This document shows positions 15,790 to 28,306 of a stretch of 64,000 nucleotides of DNA, piece after piece. The first letter of the stretch is position 1, and each line of letters starts with the position of its first letter. The DNA is from Chrysomallon squamiferum. Taxonomy: Eukaryota > Animalia > Mollusca. The notes beneath the pieces were generated by a model. It saw nothing but the letters and a program-made list of their open reading frames with translations, was not told the origin of the DNA and did no database searches. Position numbers and translations under genes: made by a program. The stretch covers positions 31,062,001 through 31,126,000 of the forward strand of contig CM022670.1 in assembly GCA_012295275.1 (NCBI GenBank), in the 5' to 3' direction.

Positions 15790-18700
15790 TTTAATAATTA
15801 TAAAAACACGCAAATTATGACAACTGCACAAATTAAAACTAGAATTACTGATCACTAGTAAGTAATATTAATTTAAAGCCTTCTATCTATTTATCTAGCT
15901 GTCTATCCGGCTGTTCGTCCATTCATCCAGCTATTTAAAACTTGCCTCTGAGCGTTTTGCCAGCAGTTTGTAGACTGTATGGGTATCACGATTTTTCAAT
16001 GTGAGTCCAAATTTCAAAGGGCCAGTGAACGGGAAGTATGGCGCATTTTCCATGTAGGAGGCATTGACGTACTGAAATTCAGCACACACTTCAAAGCCTG
16101 TAATTTTAGCAATTCTCTTTCCTGAACACAACTGTACGGCCTTACGCTTGTCTGTAATTAATTTCTGTTCTCGTTCTCTGTTGCCGTATATTGTGAAAAA
16201 TCCAGTTCTGAAAAGAAAACCAACCGTCTTAACGAATAAAAAGATAACTGTTTAACGACATCGCAAACAGAGAATAATAACGATTATTTATTTATACATC
16301 GATTAGTGGGACACGTTTAAACATGAAATTGTCAAAATAATGTGAACAGATAAATAAAATGTATTAGATGTGGACAAGCAATCAGAGCAGATATTTCAGA
16401 AAAAATAATGAGTTCTTTCTCCTGAAAAATAACAGTTACCGTTTTCTCTATAGGAATGATATACCAGTATTTTCATGTTCATTACATTTACTACGAAAGG
16501 TATACTGTGCCAAATAAGTTTAGCGATTAAATAAAAATATGAAATACAGAAAAGTGACTGGGTGCTGAATTTATTTGTAAACATTATTTAATTGATACAG
16601 CATTTCTGAATCTAGTCAGACGTAACACGTACTCATGGTTTCGACGTCGTTCTATTAATGTCAACTAATTAAACGGAGGGATACATCTACCAAAATGGTC
16701 AGAAAGGTTCAATAATGTGTGTGTGTGCACCAGTTGCATTGATGACAGAAGTACATCGTCGTCTCATGCTTCTAATGAGAGCATTAATATCAGGAACAGT
16801 AATTGCGTTCCATTCCCGGTTCAGAGCAATTTGTAGGTCATGGACATTATGGATATGAGGACGGTTTTCGCATTATTAACTGGGGACAAGTCAGGAGACT
16901 TTGGTGGCCAGGCAGTTCAACACTTGGGTGTGGTTCCGCTCAAGGGCATTAGCTGCTAGCCTAGCGGTATATGGTCTAACGTTGTCATTTTGATACAGAA
17001 TGCCAGGATACTGCTGCAGGAATGGAATGACCACTGGTGTATTGTTCTCGTCGCAGTAACGTTGAACAGTCATGTTCCCGTGAATGAAAACGAGATCTGT
17101 TTTACCTCCACCATGAATGCCGGCCTAGACCACGACGCTGCCACCGCCATATCGGTCAGGCTGAATGATGTTGTCTGCATCAAATCGTTCTCCACGACGC
17201 CTCCAAACATGACGCCTACCCTCCGCAAACATTTGCACAAAACCTGGATTTGTCTGTGAATAATTTCTGCGTTGCCAGTGTTGGTATATTCTGGCCATCT
17301 CAGACGTTCCTGAATGTGACGCGCTGACAAGGGAACAGTTACAAGAAGGCGACGTTCTTGTAATCCAGCAGTATGGAGACGGTTACCAACAGTTTAAGCA
17401 TGAATTCTAGTGCCTGAGGTTTGCTGCAAAGTACGAGCTAAACGTGGAGCACTTTCGAACCTATGTTCCCTTGGATTAATCGATATCGCACTTGCCCAGT
17501 TTGGTGTAAGAGTCGTGATATGGTACTGTCATGAACACGAAAGTATTGAGCGACATCATATACGCGTTGGCCGGCGTTAAGACGTTCCGTTGTTTCATGG
17601 CGTTGATTTTCCGTTAAGCCTGAACGGCATATCCATTACAACAGGATAAATTCTTCCTTTTGTTTTTGGATAATGTTGGTTCAGTGCATCAAAATGTGAT
17701 TTCAAAATATATGCACGTGCAGTACACATAGCGGCGTGCGATATGACAAGTGATGTTCTTTTCATGACCCAAAGCAACAGGGCATTGGCAACTAACATAT
17801 TACCACGTTTTATCTCTTTATTTTAATTTATTTGGAAGCAACAGTGATTTATAAAAACTTGGTAAACATTTTTGGATAAGTATATAATACAAATAAGATT
17901 AAAATAGTATTTATGCTGTGAAACCTATTTAACTTACGTGACATCTAGAATTTCCATGTTCTTTTTCGGTGCCTCAATCTCAGCACTAAGAACTTTACCG
18001 CGGTCCAGTTCTATTTTTGCACGAACAGACATACTGGAGTGCCACGTGTTGACAATCCGTATTCCTGTTTTTGTGACGAAAGCGTCAATAGTCATAGCAC
18101 CAGAGAAAAGAACAGCCCCACTGTAAGCGTATGTAAATAATAAATATCTTAGTTTTTATGTATACTATAATAATATTAAAAAAAAGAGCACACTTTATAA
18201 AAATTTTGGTTTATGAAACAGTTATTTATAATAATATTGTTTTCAGCTAATACAATGTTTAACATATGTTAACGGAAACAGTTTTCATCCTTATTTCCAT
18301 CCATTCATCAATGCTTTTAGACATATAACCCATATATACAAACGTATATTCAAATGTGCAGAGAGATTTGTAAATATATAACTATAAAATATACAAGAAT
18401 ACAAGCATAATAGAAAAGAATACACTTTCCATGTCAAGACAGCAAGAAAAACCATACCTGGGCTGGATTGTTCCGTCAACGAGAAGACTTCTCGGACTTT
18501 TGTGTACCTTACGTAGATCTATCTTTCCTTTCGCTTTCAGGTCTACAGTTGCTGTTCCGTTGACTGTCAGATTGAGTGGGAGACCGCTGCTGGTAGGAAT
18601 GATCATGGAGCTGTCGAGAAACATGATACTCTGTGTGAGCGAGTAGTCGTGGTCTTTCGACATTTTGATCAGGGCATCCAGAAAGTTGAAATTCTTTCCT

Positions 18701-20951
18701 TTGGTAAAGGAGTCGATGCCTTTGAAATGTCTGAAAGAGATTTCGTTACCGAACATCCTCATGTACATAGATCCTTTGATTCGGCCTAGCTTTTCCCGAC
18801 TCTGGAAGAAGATAAAACTAGTAATTTTGATAACATACAATGTTATAATATTCAAAAACCACCTAGCTAAAAGATGACCAAAGGCTGAGTATAAGAGTGA
18901 GAAACTAAAATAATGATGGTTAAAAATGTGGGGAAAGAACCCATATGCCTTGGATTATATATGATCTCAGGATGGAGAAAAATAGTTCATGTTGTTACCT
19001 GGGCAATATTGTCTCCAAAGTACCCATACGGTCCAAGATAAGTTTCCAGCATATATTCAAGTCCTTCTATTCTTCCACCGAGCTCGAAAAGGTTAACTGA
19101 GTTTCCAAAGAGATCCACAGTCAAGTTGACCGTAGCTGCACGCGGAATGAATGATTTCGGCGACCAGATAAAGTTACTTTCCGCCATTGCCCCTATATTG
19201 AACCTTTTCAGAAAGAAAGATGCTTCATAATTTCTTGAATATTTCATATTGTGCATATCAAATTCTTTTTTCAGGTCTTCTTTTTCAAGAATGGCTCTGA
19301 CACTTTGTTTATGTGGACTTGAAGTTTCTTTTAGATTCGTAAGATGAGACCAGATGAAAGATCCCACTTGACTGACCTTCTCCGACTCCAGAGTATTGGT
19401 GATAATGTTCAGAATATCTTGTGTTGGACATTCAATAAGAGCAAGGTAGGCTCCTATTCGCATTTCTGGATCTTCTTCTACGTCGCGGTACAGATTGATA
19501 ACATCACGTTTCTGAAAATAACACATTCCAATCTGTCCGTCTAATTAGCGTTATACTAATATTTATGACATGCCCGTATACGCACAAATACACATGAACT
19601 AAATAGAATATAAAAACATAGCAATACACATTCAGTCATAGAGAAGAACTCGTCGAAGTATGTATGTATATGTGTGTGTGTGTGAATGTGGGTGTGTATA
19701 TGTGTATATGTATGTATGTATGTATGTATGAGTATATAAAATAAAATCAGCATAACAGTTTCGCTTACATCGGCATCGCATGGCAGTCTGCGGAATCCAT
19801 CCACAGCAGCGACTCTAATTTCCATGGGGTTTGCACTTCGAGTGAAACACTTGGACAAGATACTCGAGATACGTTTTAAATGTCCGGCATTGCCAATAGC
19901 TCTGATAGCTATAAGCGCACTATTAAAGTTAGTGTCCATGATATGGCATCTGTAACCTATGTTTCTCTCAAGGCTGGAAATGATGTTGTTGACGGCGTAC
20001 TGATTAGAACAATAATTTGCTTGGCAGTAGTTGTTGACCAGGGTAGACACGGGCAGCATTGCTTTCAGCTTTATTTCTGGGGATTCTATAAGTGGCTTCA
20101 CTTCTTCAAGCATTTCTACTGAAGGGTGTATGATGAACGCCAGAGACGTTAACCACATGTCTGCTTCCATTCCCGTGACTTCTTTACTTAGTATAAGTTC
20201 CTTCAGTATCTGTACCGAGGCGCTCGTTCCAGCCATAGGAATGGCATCCAGCAAAAATTTTCTGGGAATATAATTGATATTAACAGACTAGAAACAGATA
20301 AAAATGTATTATTTATTATTATTGTTGTTGTTGTTGTCGTTATTGTTGCTGTTGTTGCTGTTATTGCTGTTGTTAAGAATGTCAAAATTATCATTATATT
20401 TGTTGTTGTTCATAATAATATTTTATTGTTATTATTACTCTTGATGATGATGTTTATAATTATTATTGTTGTTGTGTCTGCTGCTGCTGTTGTTGTTTAT
20501 AATTCAAAATAAAGTTTTGTTATAAAATATCTCTTTACCTTCCTCTAACAGTGTTATCTTTACAGAGGAATCTATCGTTGACACGCATTAGTGTGTTTCT
20601 TATGGTGGTGCTGTCCACGTTTCTGACGGTGTAGACGAGGTCGGAGAATAGACGTGGAATATCAGAACCTATGTCGTCTTCAGAGAAAACGCAGAGTCTG
20701 TTCAGTTTGGAATCTAAATGATCCTGCTGATCCCCATGTTTAAAACCAGTCCCGTGTTGAAATGTCAAATCAACTCTTTTGCCAATGAAACTTGCTATTA
20801 TACATAATTATAAAATATAGTCTATTTTCCTTTCTTTTAAATGATATGATATGACATGAAATATAATCAAATAAAGTAAAATAATTTTTTAAAAATAACA
20901 ATAATAAAATAAATATCAATGTAATTACAAAGTCCAACAGAACAACTCATT

Positions 20952-21000
<49 letters not shown>

Positions 21001-22693
21001 GAAACCAACCTCTGTCATTTACAACACTTGCACTGCGACTTTTCAATTCGAGTTTCTGCGTCACATGAGTTAAGGCGCCGCTGTTTTGATTGGAAAATGG
21101 ACGAAACACGTGATATTCGCTGCAGGTGGCGCTGGTTATCAGACCATCCTTACTCAACTTATGTTCGCAATCGTGCGTGCTCTGCATTAAAGGCAGTGAC
21201 TGGAGTTTCTGAAAATAATTAATGTGTGAAATAATCCTAACAATTACAATAATATAGCTTAGACAGAATTGGTGAAAAGCAACCCTAAAATTAAATTAAA
21301 GTTGTTATTTTATAACTATCCGTTATTTACCGATGGGACGCCATAAGGCACAGCTTGCACGGAGCTTTGATATCCATGACGACCAGTACAGCTCATTAGA
21401 TCTTTGGTTTTTTTAACTGTCGTTACAGACCATGATCTATCTATTACTCTGTAATCTGTCATACAGTGTCCAGTCACATCAGTCTAGATAAATTAAAAAT
21501 TGATACATATGTAATTAATATATATATATAGACAAGCATTACAACATATATTTACATAATATATACAGTAATAAAAACAGATATATGAAAAATCCCTTAA
21601 ATAAACAAAAAAGTATGATTCTATAATGTATCCATGTATGTATGTATGTATGTATGTATGTATGTATATGCGTACATGCGTACATGCGTTCCTGTATGCT
21701 TGGAGGTATATATGTTTGTATGTATTTATGTATCTGAGTAGCCTATATATGTATATGCGCGTTTATTTATGCAAATATTTTAAGTTTATATTGCACCAAA
21801 ATAATAATTTATTAGTATATGACGAACACATAACAGAAAGATGAAAACGATAAAGAAAATAAAAATAATTACCTCTTTCACGGTTTGACCTTGGTCTAGG
21901 CTGTTCATGGAATTCTGCAACATCGTCAAAATACCTTTCTTTATGTTGAGTACCCACGGCTCCTCGGCTCCTGTTGGACAGATGTCTTCAACGACGCCAT
22001 CTTGGTATGAGAAGCGGAGTGGGTGGCGTTCCAAGGCTCGTCTGAACTGACCAACGTTGTCAACGAAAGTTAAATGTCCCCGTGACGTGTCAAACAGCTT
22101 CACGTGTCTCAGCTGTCAAAAATAAATGAATCACGACATAATTATGTTTAAAACAAGATAAAATCAAGATCTCCGTTTTTCCAAACAACTACAAAAATAA
22201 ATAAATAAATAAATAAATAAAATGATATATAATTGAAAAAGATAATAATAATAATAATAAATAAATAAATAATTTATTGTTATATGGGTATTTGCAAGGA
22301 TGTTTGAACGTTCGTAATTATTTATTATTTCATACAAATTTCAAAATAAATTTAACTTTAATTAAAAAACAAAACAAAACTTAAAACAAAAACATAAAAC
22401 AGATAAATAAAAATTTACTTTTTATCTAAGAAAAATAATTCTTACTCGAAGTGCAAAATCACATTTTGAGATGACAGCTATGTCAGCCGTAGCCCGAATG
22501 TCTATCACGGCTTTTTCACTGTTAGCACCGCCCATCAGCGTTTCCGTTGTAACCTGGTATTCGTGTTCATAAGAAACACCAGGCAGGTACCGGAATTTTT
22601 TGGATTCTGAAATAGTGAACACCCGACTTAAATAGCAAAGTATGGAAACAAAATTTTTTCTGCGTTTCACCCACTTTCTTGGTCTTATTTTCT

Positions 22694-22735
<42 letters not shown>

Positions 22736-23502
22736 ACACACACACACACACACACACACAAAGGTTTAAATAATTAATTTTACCTGTACATCGCGTCGCG
22801 CACGAAACAGATTCATCTCCCGACTGCCAGTTGATTGGTCCTGCCCAATAAGTAAGTACGTAAGTAAGTAAGCAAACAAATAAGTAAGTAAATAAAAGAA
22901 TAATGGTTAGATAACACTATTCAGTTGTAATATCTGACATCTTAACTCTCATTTTTCCAATGGGAACATCAAATAACTGCAAACGAGAAATAAATAATAA
23001 ACAATAAATATTAATAATAAAAAAAAAATTAAAAAATATACTTCATTTTTCGATAATTTATTTGTTTTAGGGAAACATTTAAATAAAACAAAACGGTAAC
23101 GATTTTAATTTAAAGTTTTTAATAATTTTCAAAATTTATTAAGCACTTTTTTAATTATTATTTATTTATTTATTTTGAAAATATAAATTTATCTTACTCT
23201 TCATTTTTGTTAAATACTATTAATTTATTATTATTATTATTATTATTATATAGTCATTGTTGTGTCGTATAGTGGATAGACGTTAAGAACAAATAATATT
23301 TTCAGTATGAAAAACAGTAGTAATAAAAAATAAAATAAAAATTAATAATAATAACAATACTAAATTAAAATGTTTTTAATATTTATGCTTTATTTTAAAA
23401 TATTTCGTTCACATTAAAATGTTCACAATGTAATCACAAAAACTTACCTGCACGAACATACGCCAGTAAAACGACTGTAATAAGAAGTCGTGACGACTTC
23501 AT
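508..23502 (-). CDS. Large lipid transfer protein (apolipophorin/apoB/lipid-transfer-particle-like; Vitellogenin_N N-terminus); 26 exons in window, 3' end lies beyond the left edge
   Basis: ATG at 23502 gives signal peptide MKSSRLLITVVLLAYVRAG. Hand-built exons: 23448-23502, 22784-22840, 22446-22606, 21873-22112, 21331-21483, 21010-21208, 20539-20794, 19769-20261, 18999-19511, 18458-18801, 17938-18120, 15946-16207, 15441-15588, 14646-14903, 13951-14220, 12676-12934, 11834-12053, 5726-11188, 5153-5488, 4440-4605, 3666-3850, 2982-3253, 2202-2349, 1917-2022, 1260-1495, 508-807. Phases chain without stops (11283 nt = 3761 codons). LLTP-family motifs: FRYLPGVSYEHEY, TDVTGHC, FRPFSNQNSGA, AIGNAG, EIRVAA, EMRIGAYLAL, QVGSFIWSHL, KYSRNYE, SFIPRA, NLFELGGRIEGLE, YMRMFGNEI, PTSSGLPL, FNTPGS. 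No stop codon or vWD domain is reached in the window. Confidence 0.93.
2051..2140. repeat. (CT)n microsatellite, intronic
   Basis: Directly visible perfect dinucleotide run of ~90 bp. Confidence 0.98.
4217..4293. repeat. (GA)n microsatellite, intronic
   Basis: Directly visible; source of the spurious SLSLSL ORF 4205..4399. Confidence 0.98.
4615..4965. repeat. Degenerate AT-rich minisatellite (core ATATAATTAGTGATCTTTAA)
   Basis: Core variants recur roughly every 25-35 bp immediately beside the acceptor of exon 4440-4605. Confidence 0.7.
5726..11188 (-). CDS. Giant internal coding exon (5463 nt, 1821 codons) of the LLTP gene, beta-strand-rich lipid-binding region
   Basis: Contains ORF 5720..11140 (1806 aa). 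Acceptor tttcag at 11189, donor AAG|GTTTGA at 5725. Phase 0 at both ends matches the neighbouring exons. Confidence 0.92.
13117..13812. mobile_element. Non-autonomous hAT-like (Charlie-type) DNA transposon relic, intronic
   Basis: Imperfect terminal inverted repeats CAGCATTTCTCAAC ... GTTGAGAATCGCTG with a subterminal GGGTTCCACGGAACCC palindrome. The 8-bp TSD is not recognisable. Confidence 0.55.
16501..17884 (-). mobile_element. Decayed Tc1/mariner (Tc1-type DD34E) element in an LLTP intron
   Basis: Broken transposase fragments on the minus strand: FTDKSRF, DRYGGGSVVV*AGI, LYQNDNVRPYTA, followed by an SPDLSP-like segment. Degenerate TIRs TATACTGTGCCAAATAAGTTTA (16501) and TATACTTATCCAAAAATGTTTA (reverse strand from 17884), with TA ends; ~1.4 kb. 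Confidence 0.88.
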
Positions 23503-23549
23503 CGTCTTTTCTTTACTAGGCTTTCAAACTTTCCGTTCCCAGATATCAC

Positions 23550-23556
23550 TTTTATA
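23550..23556 (-). promoter_or_regulatory. TATA box of the LLTP gene
   Basis: TATAAAA on the minus strand ~48 nt upstream of the signal-peptide ATG. Confidence 0.7.
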
Positions 23557-23570
23557 CCAACCCGACAATC

Positions 23571-23583
23571 AGTCCAACGTTCA
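23571..23583. promoter_or_regulatory. Possible nuclear-receptor DR1 (HNF4-like) site
   Basis: AGTCCAACGTTCA is one mismatch from AGTCCAAAGTTCA and lies ~15 bp upstream of the TATA box. Motif match only. Confidence 0.35.
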
Positions 23584-24574
23584 TTTGCCAATGAAAAACA
23601 CGCGTAACAGAGTACGAGTGAGGTTAGCATGGAATAGATAAAAGCTTGTGATTTGGATGATGTCGTAAATCATACATTGAAACACTTTCGTTTATTATAT
23701 ACATCGAGGAATCAATCTATAGGGTAAATGAATGTATTAAGCCACGAAAAATAAATTGCTTGAATCTCAAAAATTTAAATTGTTTTTGTTGCATTTTATT
23801 TAGATTTAAAATAACCGAAAGTAATACTAATAGTAATATTGTTTTAATATAGATGAATATCTTGAATACAGAATAATACAGAAGCAAAATGAAGTTGGTC
23901 TTTGGACCCAAGTCCGTAGCAAAGATTATTACACCTAAGTGCTTTACTAAATTAATTTTCCTTGTCTGTACTGGACAAAACACTATAGTGATGTCACAGT
24001 TTATACATACGACAGACGTGCATGAACATTTCTAAGACGGGGTATGCAACCTCTGCTAAGATATATTTACGTTAATATTACATTTTAAAGAGGAAGTTTG
24101 TCAGCATCATAACCTCGCCGTAATCCAGCAAAATTATTTTTATTATATATAAACAAAAGACAAATAACAATTGAATGAATGAATGAATGAATATATTATT
24201 ATTATTATTATTATTATTTATTATTATTATTATTATTATTTCTTTTTGGATAATTTTTAATGACATAACTTTCTGACCAAATAGAACAATTTTTTCTTAT
24301 GAAAAATTTAGTAATCCTATTTTAGAATTTTCAAAAGAATCCTCCATTAGAACATGGAATACATTAAATATGCACACAACAGCACATATCTAACATTTAA
24401 AACATCTAGGAGCACCAGTTGGAATGGAAAACAAGAAGGGAATTCAAATTACGCTTTCATTTTCTCAATGGCCTGCTTGTTTCTTATTCAAATAATAGAC
24501 AGACATATTTGAATCAATAATTGAAAAGAACACACAAGTAAATAAATGTTTTTTTAAAATAATCAGCAATTTTA

Positions 24575-24613
<39 letters not shown>

Positions 24614-26628
24614 GTGTGTGTGTGTGTGTGACTACTGATACAAAACTGCACTTTATCAACAAATAACAAAAATATCTTAGATGGAAATATCGATCAACAT
24701 TTAATTAGAGGTCAGAATCAGTGTGAACAATAAGCCTCTCTTGTCAACACTGATAAACTTCATTACAGAGATAAACCTCACATAGATAAACATTTCTGAC
24801 AGAGTACATAGTGTATTGTTAAGTTTCTCTTTCACTCACTCACAGTCTCTCTCCTTCTCTCAAACTGTTACACGGACATACCCAACACACACACACACAC
24901 ATACATATTTCATGATACATACAAACAAAACTGTTGAGAGGTAGCCATTAAAAAAATTAATATAAATTATAATTATTTTTCACTCAAAACTACTGAAGAA
25001 AAATAAGCAGTTCATTTTACATGATCTTATTATATCTGTTTGTGGGAGTGCAAATACAGCCCCTCAAAAAGTATGTATGTTAGTGTATATGTTATATGTA
25101 AATGACAAAAAACCAACACACACACACACACACATACATATATATATAATGTTTGAGAAATAGTTGAATAAAATAAAATACAGTAGAAATATTTCAATAA
25201 TCAGTCGCAATATTTCAAAGTCTAAAAGTCATATACATTAACCTAGATAAGTAAATAAACAGTCGAGGTTCTATCGTTACTTATATTCAAGCTCCATAAT
25301 TTCAAATAGTTGTTTCTATTCCTTATTTATTTATATTTATTCATTTATAAACTTTGAATCATATATACAGTAATTTATAAATTTAGTTATTGTTTTTCTA
25401 CTAGGTTTTATTTCATAAAAGATTGTTATTACATATGTTCTGTGTGTTAAGCAAATATTATTTTATTATAATTTTAAATTTTTTTTTTTCAAAAACAACA
25501 CATATACTTTTTATTTATCATGTAGAGTTCTAATTAACAAGTTAAGGTATAAAGTGAATTAATAATTATATATAATATGTTGCATAGTAACAAACATTGT
25601 TAGAATAAGGAGCTAGGTCATTAACATAACCAATTGTTTTTTTTTTTTGCAAACTCTGAGTGAAGGCAATTCTATGTTTAGTAAATTTGTTATGTAATGG
25701 ATTCAGTTATCTTATAATGAGCTGGAGTTACATCCTATCTCATGTGAATATAATTTTTAACTTAACAAATAATCTATTTTAAAATCAAAACAGATAGTTG
25801 TCAGGTCAGGTTAATTTATTGTAAAACTTGGTTGTTATCTGTTGTTAAGTTCAGCTTAGTCACACGCCTGTTATCAGGTGATGCTGATCACTGATACAAA
25901 TTTGTGTGATATACCCCAAACACATATTTAAGATTAAAATCAACCATTGACACATTTATATGGCAATGACACAGTTATATAGTGTCATTTCAAGAAAAAG
26001 AAAAAAATTAATAAAATAAATAAAATAAAATCTATGAAAATTTGGGCCTGAAGATTAATGTATGAGCTTTGCTGAAACTGGCCATAAGGATAGAATTTTC
26101 TTCTTTTTTTAACACACACACTCAACCACACACGCAGTGCCAACTGCCAGAAAACCTATCTCTGCAAAATAGAAAAAACAACGAAGTCCTCATAATTTTA
26201 AAATATAGTTTTATAGAAAGTAAATAAAGCAAATTTTTTGTAAGATTTTTTCTTCTCTTTTTCTTTTTAGATTCTAAAACAAAGTAAAATGTATCACAGA
26301 TGATTATTTGACAATATTTTTAAAGAAAAATAAAGTTTTTATACAACATAACAAAATAAAATAATAATAATAATTTGAAAATCAAATCTAGGAAAATCAG
26401 ATTATCAACACAAAAGAAAATACATCACAAAGGTTATAGATAACTGTAACATAAAAATGAAAAGTAAAGTTAAAAAACGAAAACAAAAATAAGGCATTTG
26501 ATCAATGTTCTTGGTAAAAAGATCTATAAAATATTTTGAAATAAGTTAAAAAGAAATATAGGTCTGAATATGGTTGATGCCAATTGTCTGTAAACAAAAT
26601 TTTCAAGATGATATAAATGTTATTATTG

Positions 26629-26684
<56 letters not shown>

Positions 26685-28306
26685 AAAAAGAAGTAAAACA
26701 CCCTACAAACTGACTGGATTAATGTTATTTCAGTTATTTTCAAGGCTAATTTAACTTGAGAAAAAAACATACTTTAATACAAAATATTGTAAAAATGTAA
26801 CTTAAATATCAAAGACTGTATTATTAAATAAACATCACTTCCCTAAGAAGGTTACCAAATAGTCATAGAACCAGGTAATCAAGGATTTACTGACTTCACA
26901 GAAATTCAATACTGACTTGCAGATGTCATGCTTTAGTTAAAAAAGGAGGTAAATAATGATAATTTATAAAAAATAATGGTACTGAAAATAATAAATCATT
27001 CTCTTAAACTGTGCAAATTTCATTAAGTAATGTTGATAAAATACTATATAAAATATCTAAATGGTAAAAAGGATCTAACATGAATAACTGGAAACTAAAA
27101 ACATTTTAATTAAAAAAGAAAGACAAAACAAAGATAAGTACACTGTTAAGAACTGCACAAATATAAATGATTATCAGAAGCAGATTAATAAATAACCTTA
27201 CAAAAAATAAAGGTAACTGAAAACAATAAACTATGTAAAGTCTGTACACAAGTATCTAAATATCAGATCTGCTTGGATTACACCATTAAGTTTTTATTTG
27301 CATGCCACAGCAATCAGGAAAAACAAAATGCCGGATTCAGCAATGCCATTCCGATCATTAGTATTATATTAATAAAAGAATTCTGCAAATCCTGTTTATT
27401 ATAATAAATAAACTATATTTTCCTTTTGTGAGTAAATAATCAATTTCTAGATCTATATTTTTATAAAAGTGAAATTACTTTTAAGATAAAATAGATTTCA
27501 CTACGAATTAATTTTATAAAAATTCACACCCTACATATATACAATAATTTTTTAAACAGATTTAATGATGCAGATATTCTGACATATAAATGGAACTTCA
27601 AGATCAAGCCAGACATTTACAACTTAAAATAATTTTATTATTACATCAGTACCCTTTATTTGATATCAGGTTTAAATCTAGAAATTGTCATGCTCTTTAC
27701 TACATAGTTAATATCTTTAATTTTATTCATTTTTAAAAATATTTTATACAATTAAGTCTATATTTGTATTTCATGAGACAGTTTATATTTAGTGAATATA
27801 AATTAGATATAATCCAAAATTCTATATGTCTAAATTTGCTAATACAGGTTACTAAGTGTATTACAATAATGAAATTAACAATCACATAAACATGCCTCAC
27901 TTTAAAAATTAAAAACTGTGACTTCACTGATGAATATAATAAGGAAAAAATTTTATATTCTTTACCATTTCTCAAAATTGAATTTCAAATATTTAAAAAA
28001 CAGATAAATAATTTTGATTTTACAAATATATATGCAACACACTGTGGACAGATGCTAGCCTTATTCTTGATTTTTTTAAATTGGCCTAAATTAGAAAGGC
28101 ACCATAATAAATTAAATGATTGCTATATAACCTTTATTATTTAATAATTTAATATTTCAAGAGAAAACAAATATCTTCTAAACTCTAATAAGTACATTAT
28201 TTATAGACTATATATATATATTTCAGTTACCCTTTGATCACAGACAAAGTCACTACCTCACTACTGATGTGGAATCCGTTAATAGATACACATAGCAAAC
28301 TTTAGC

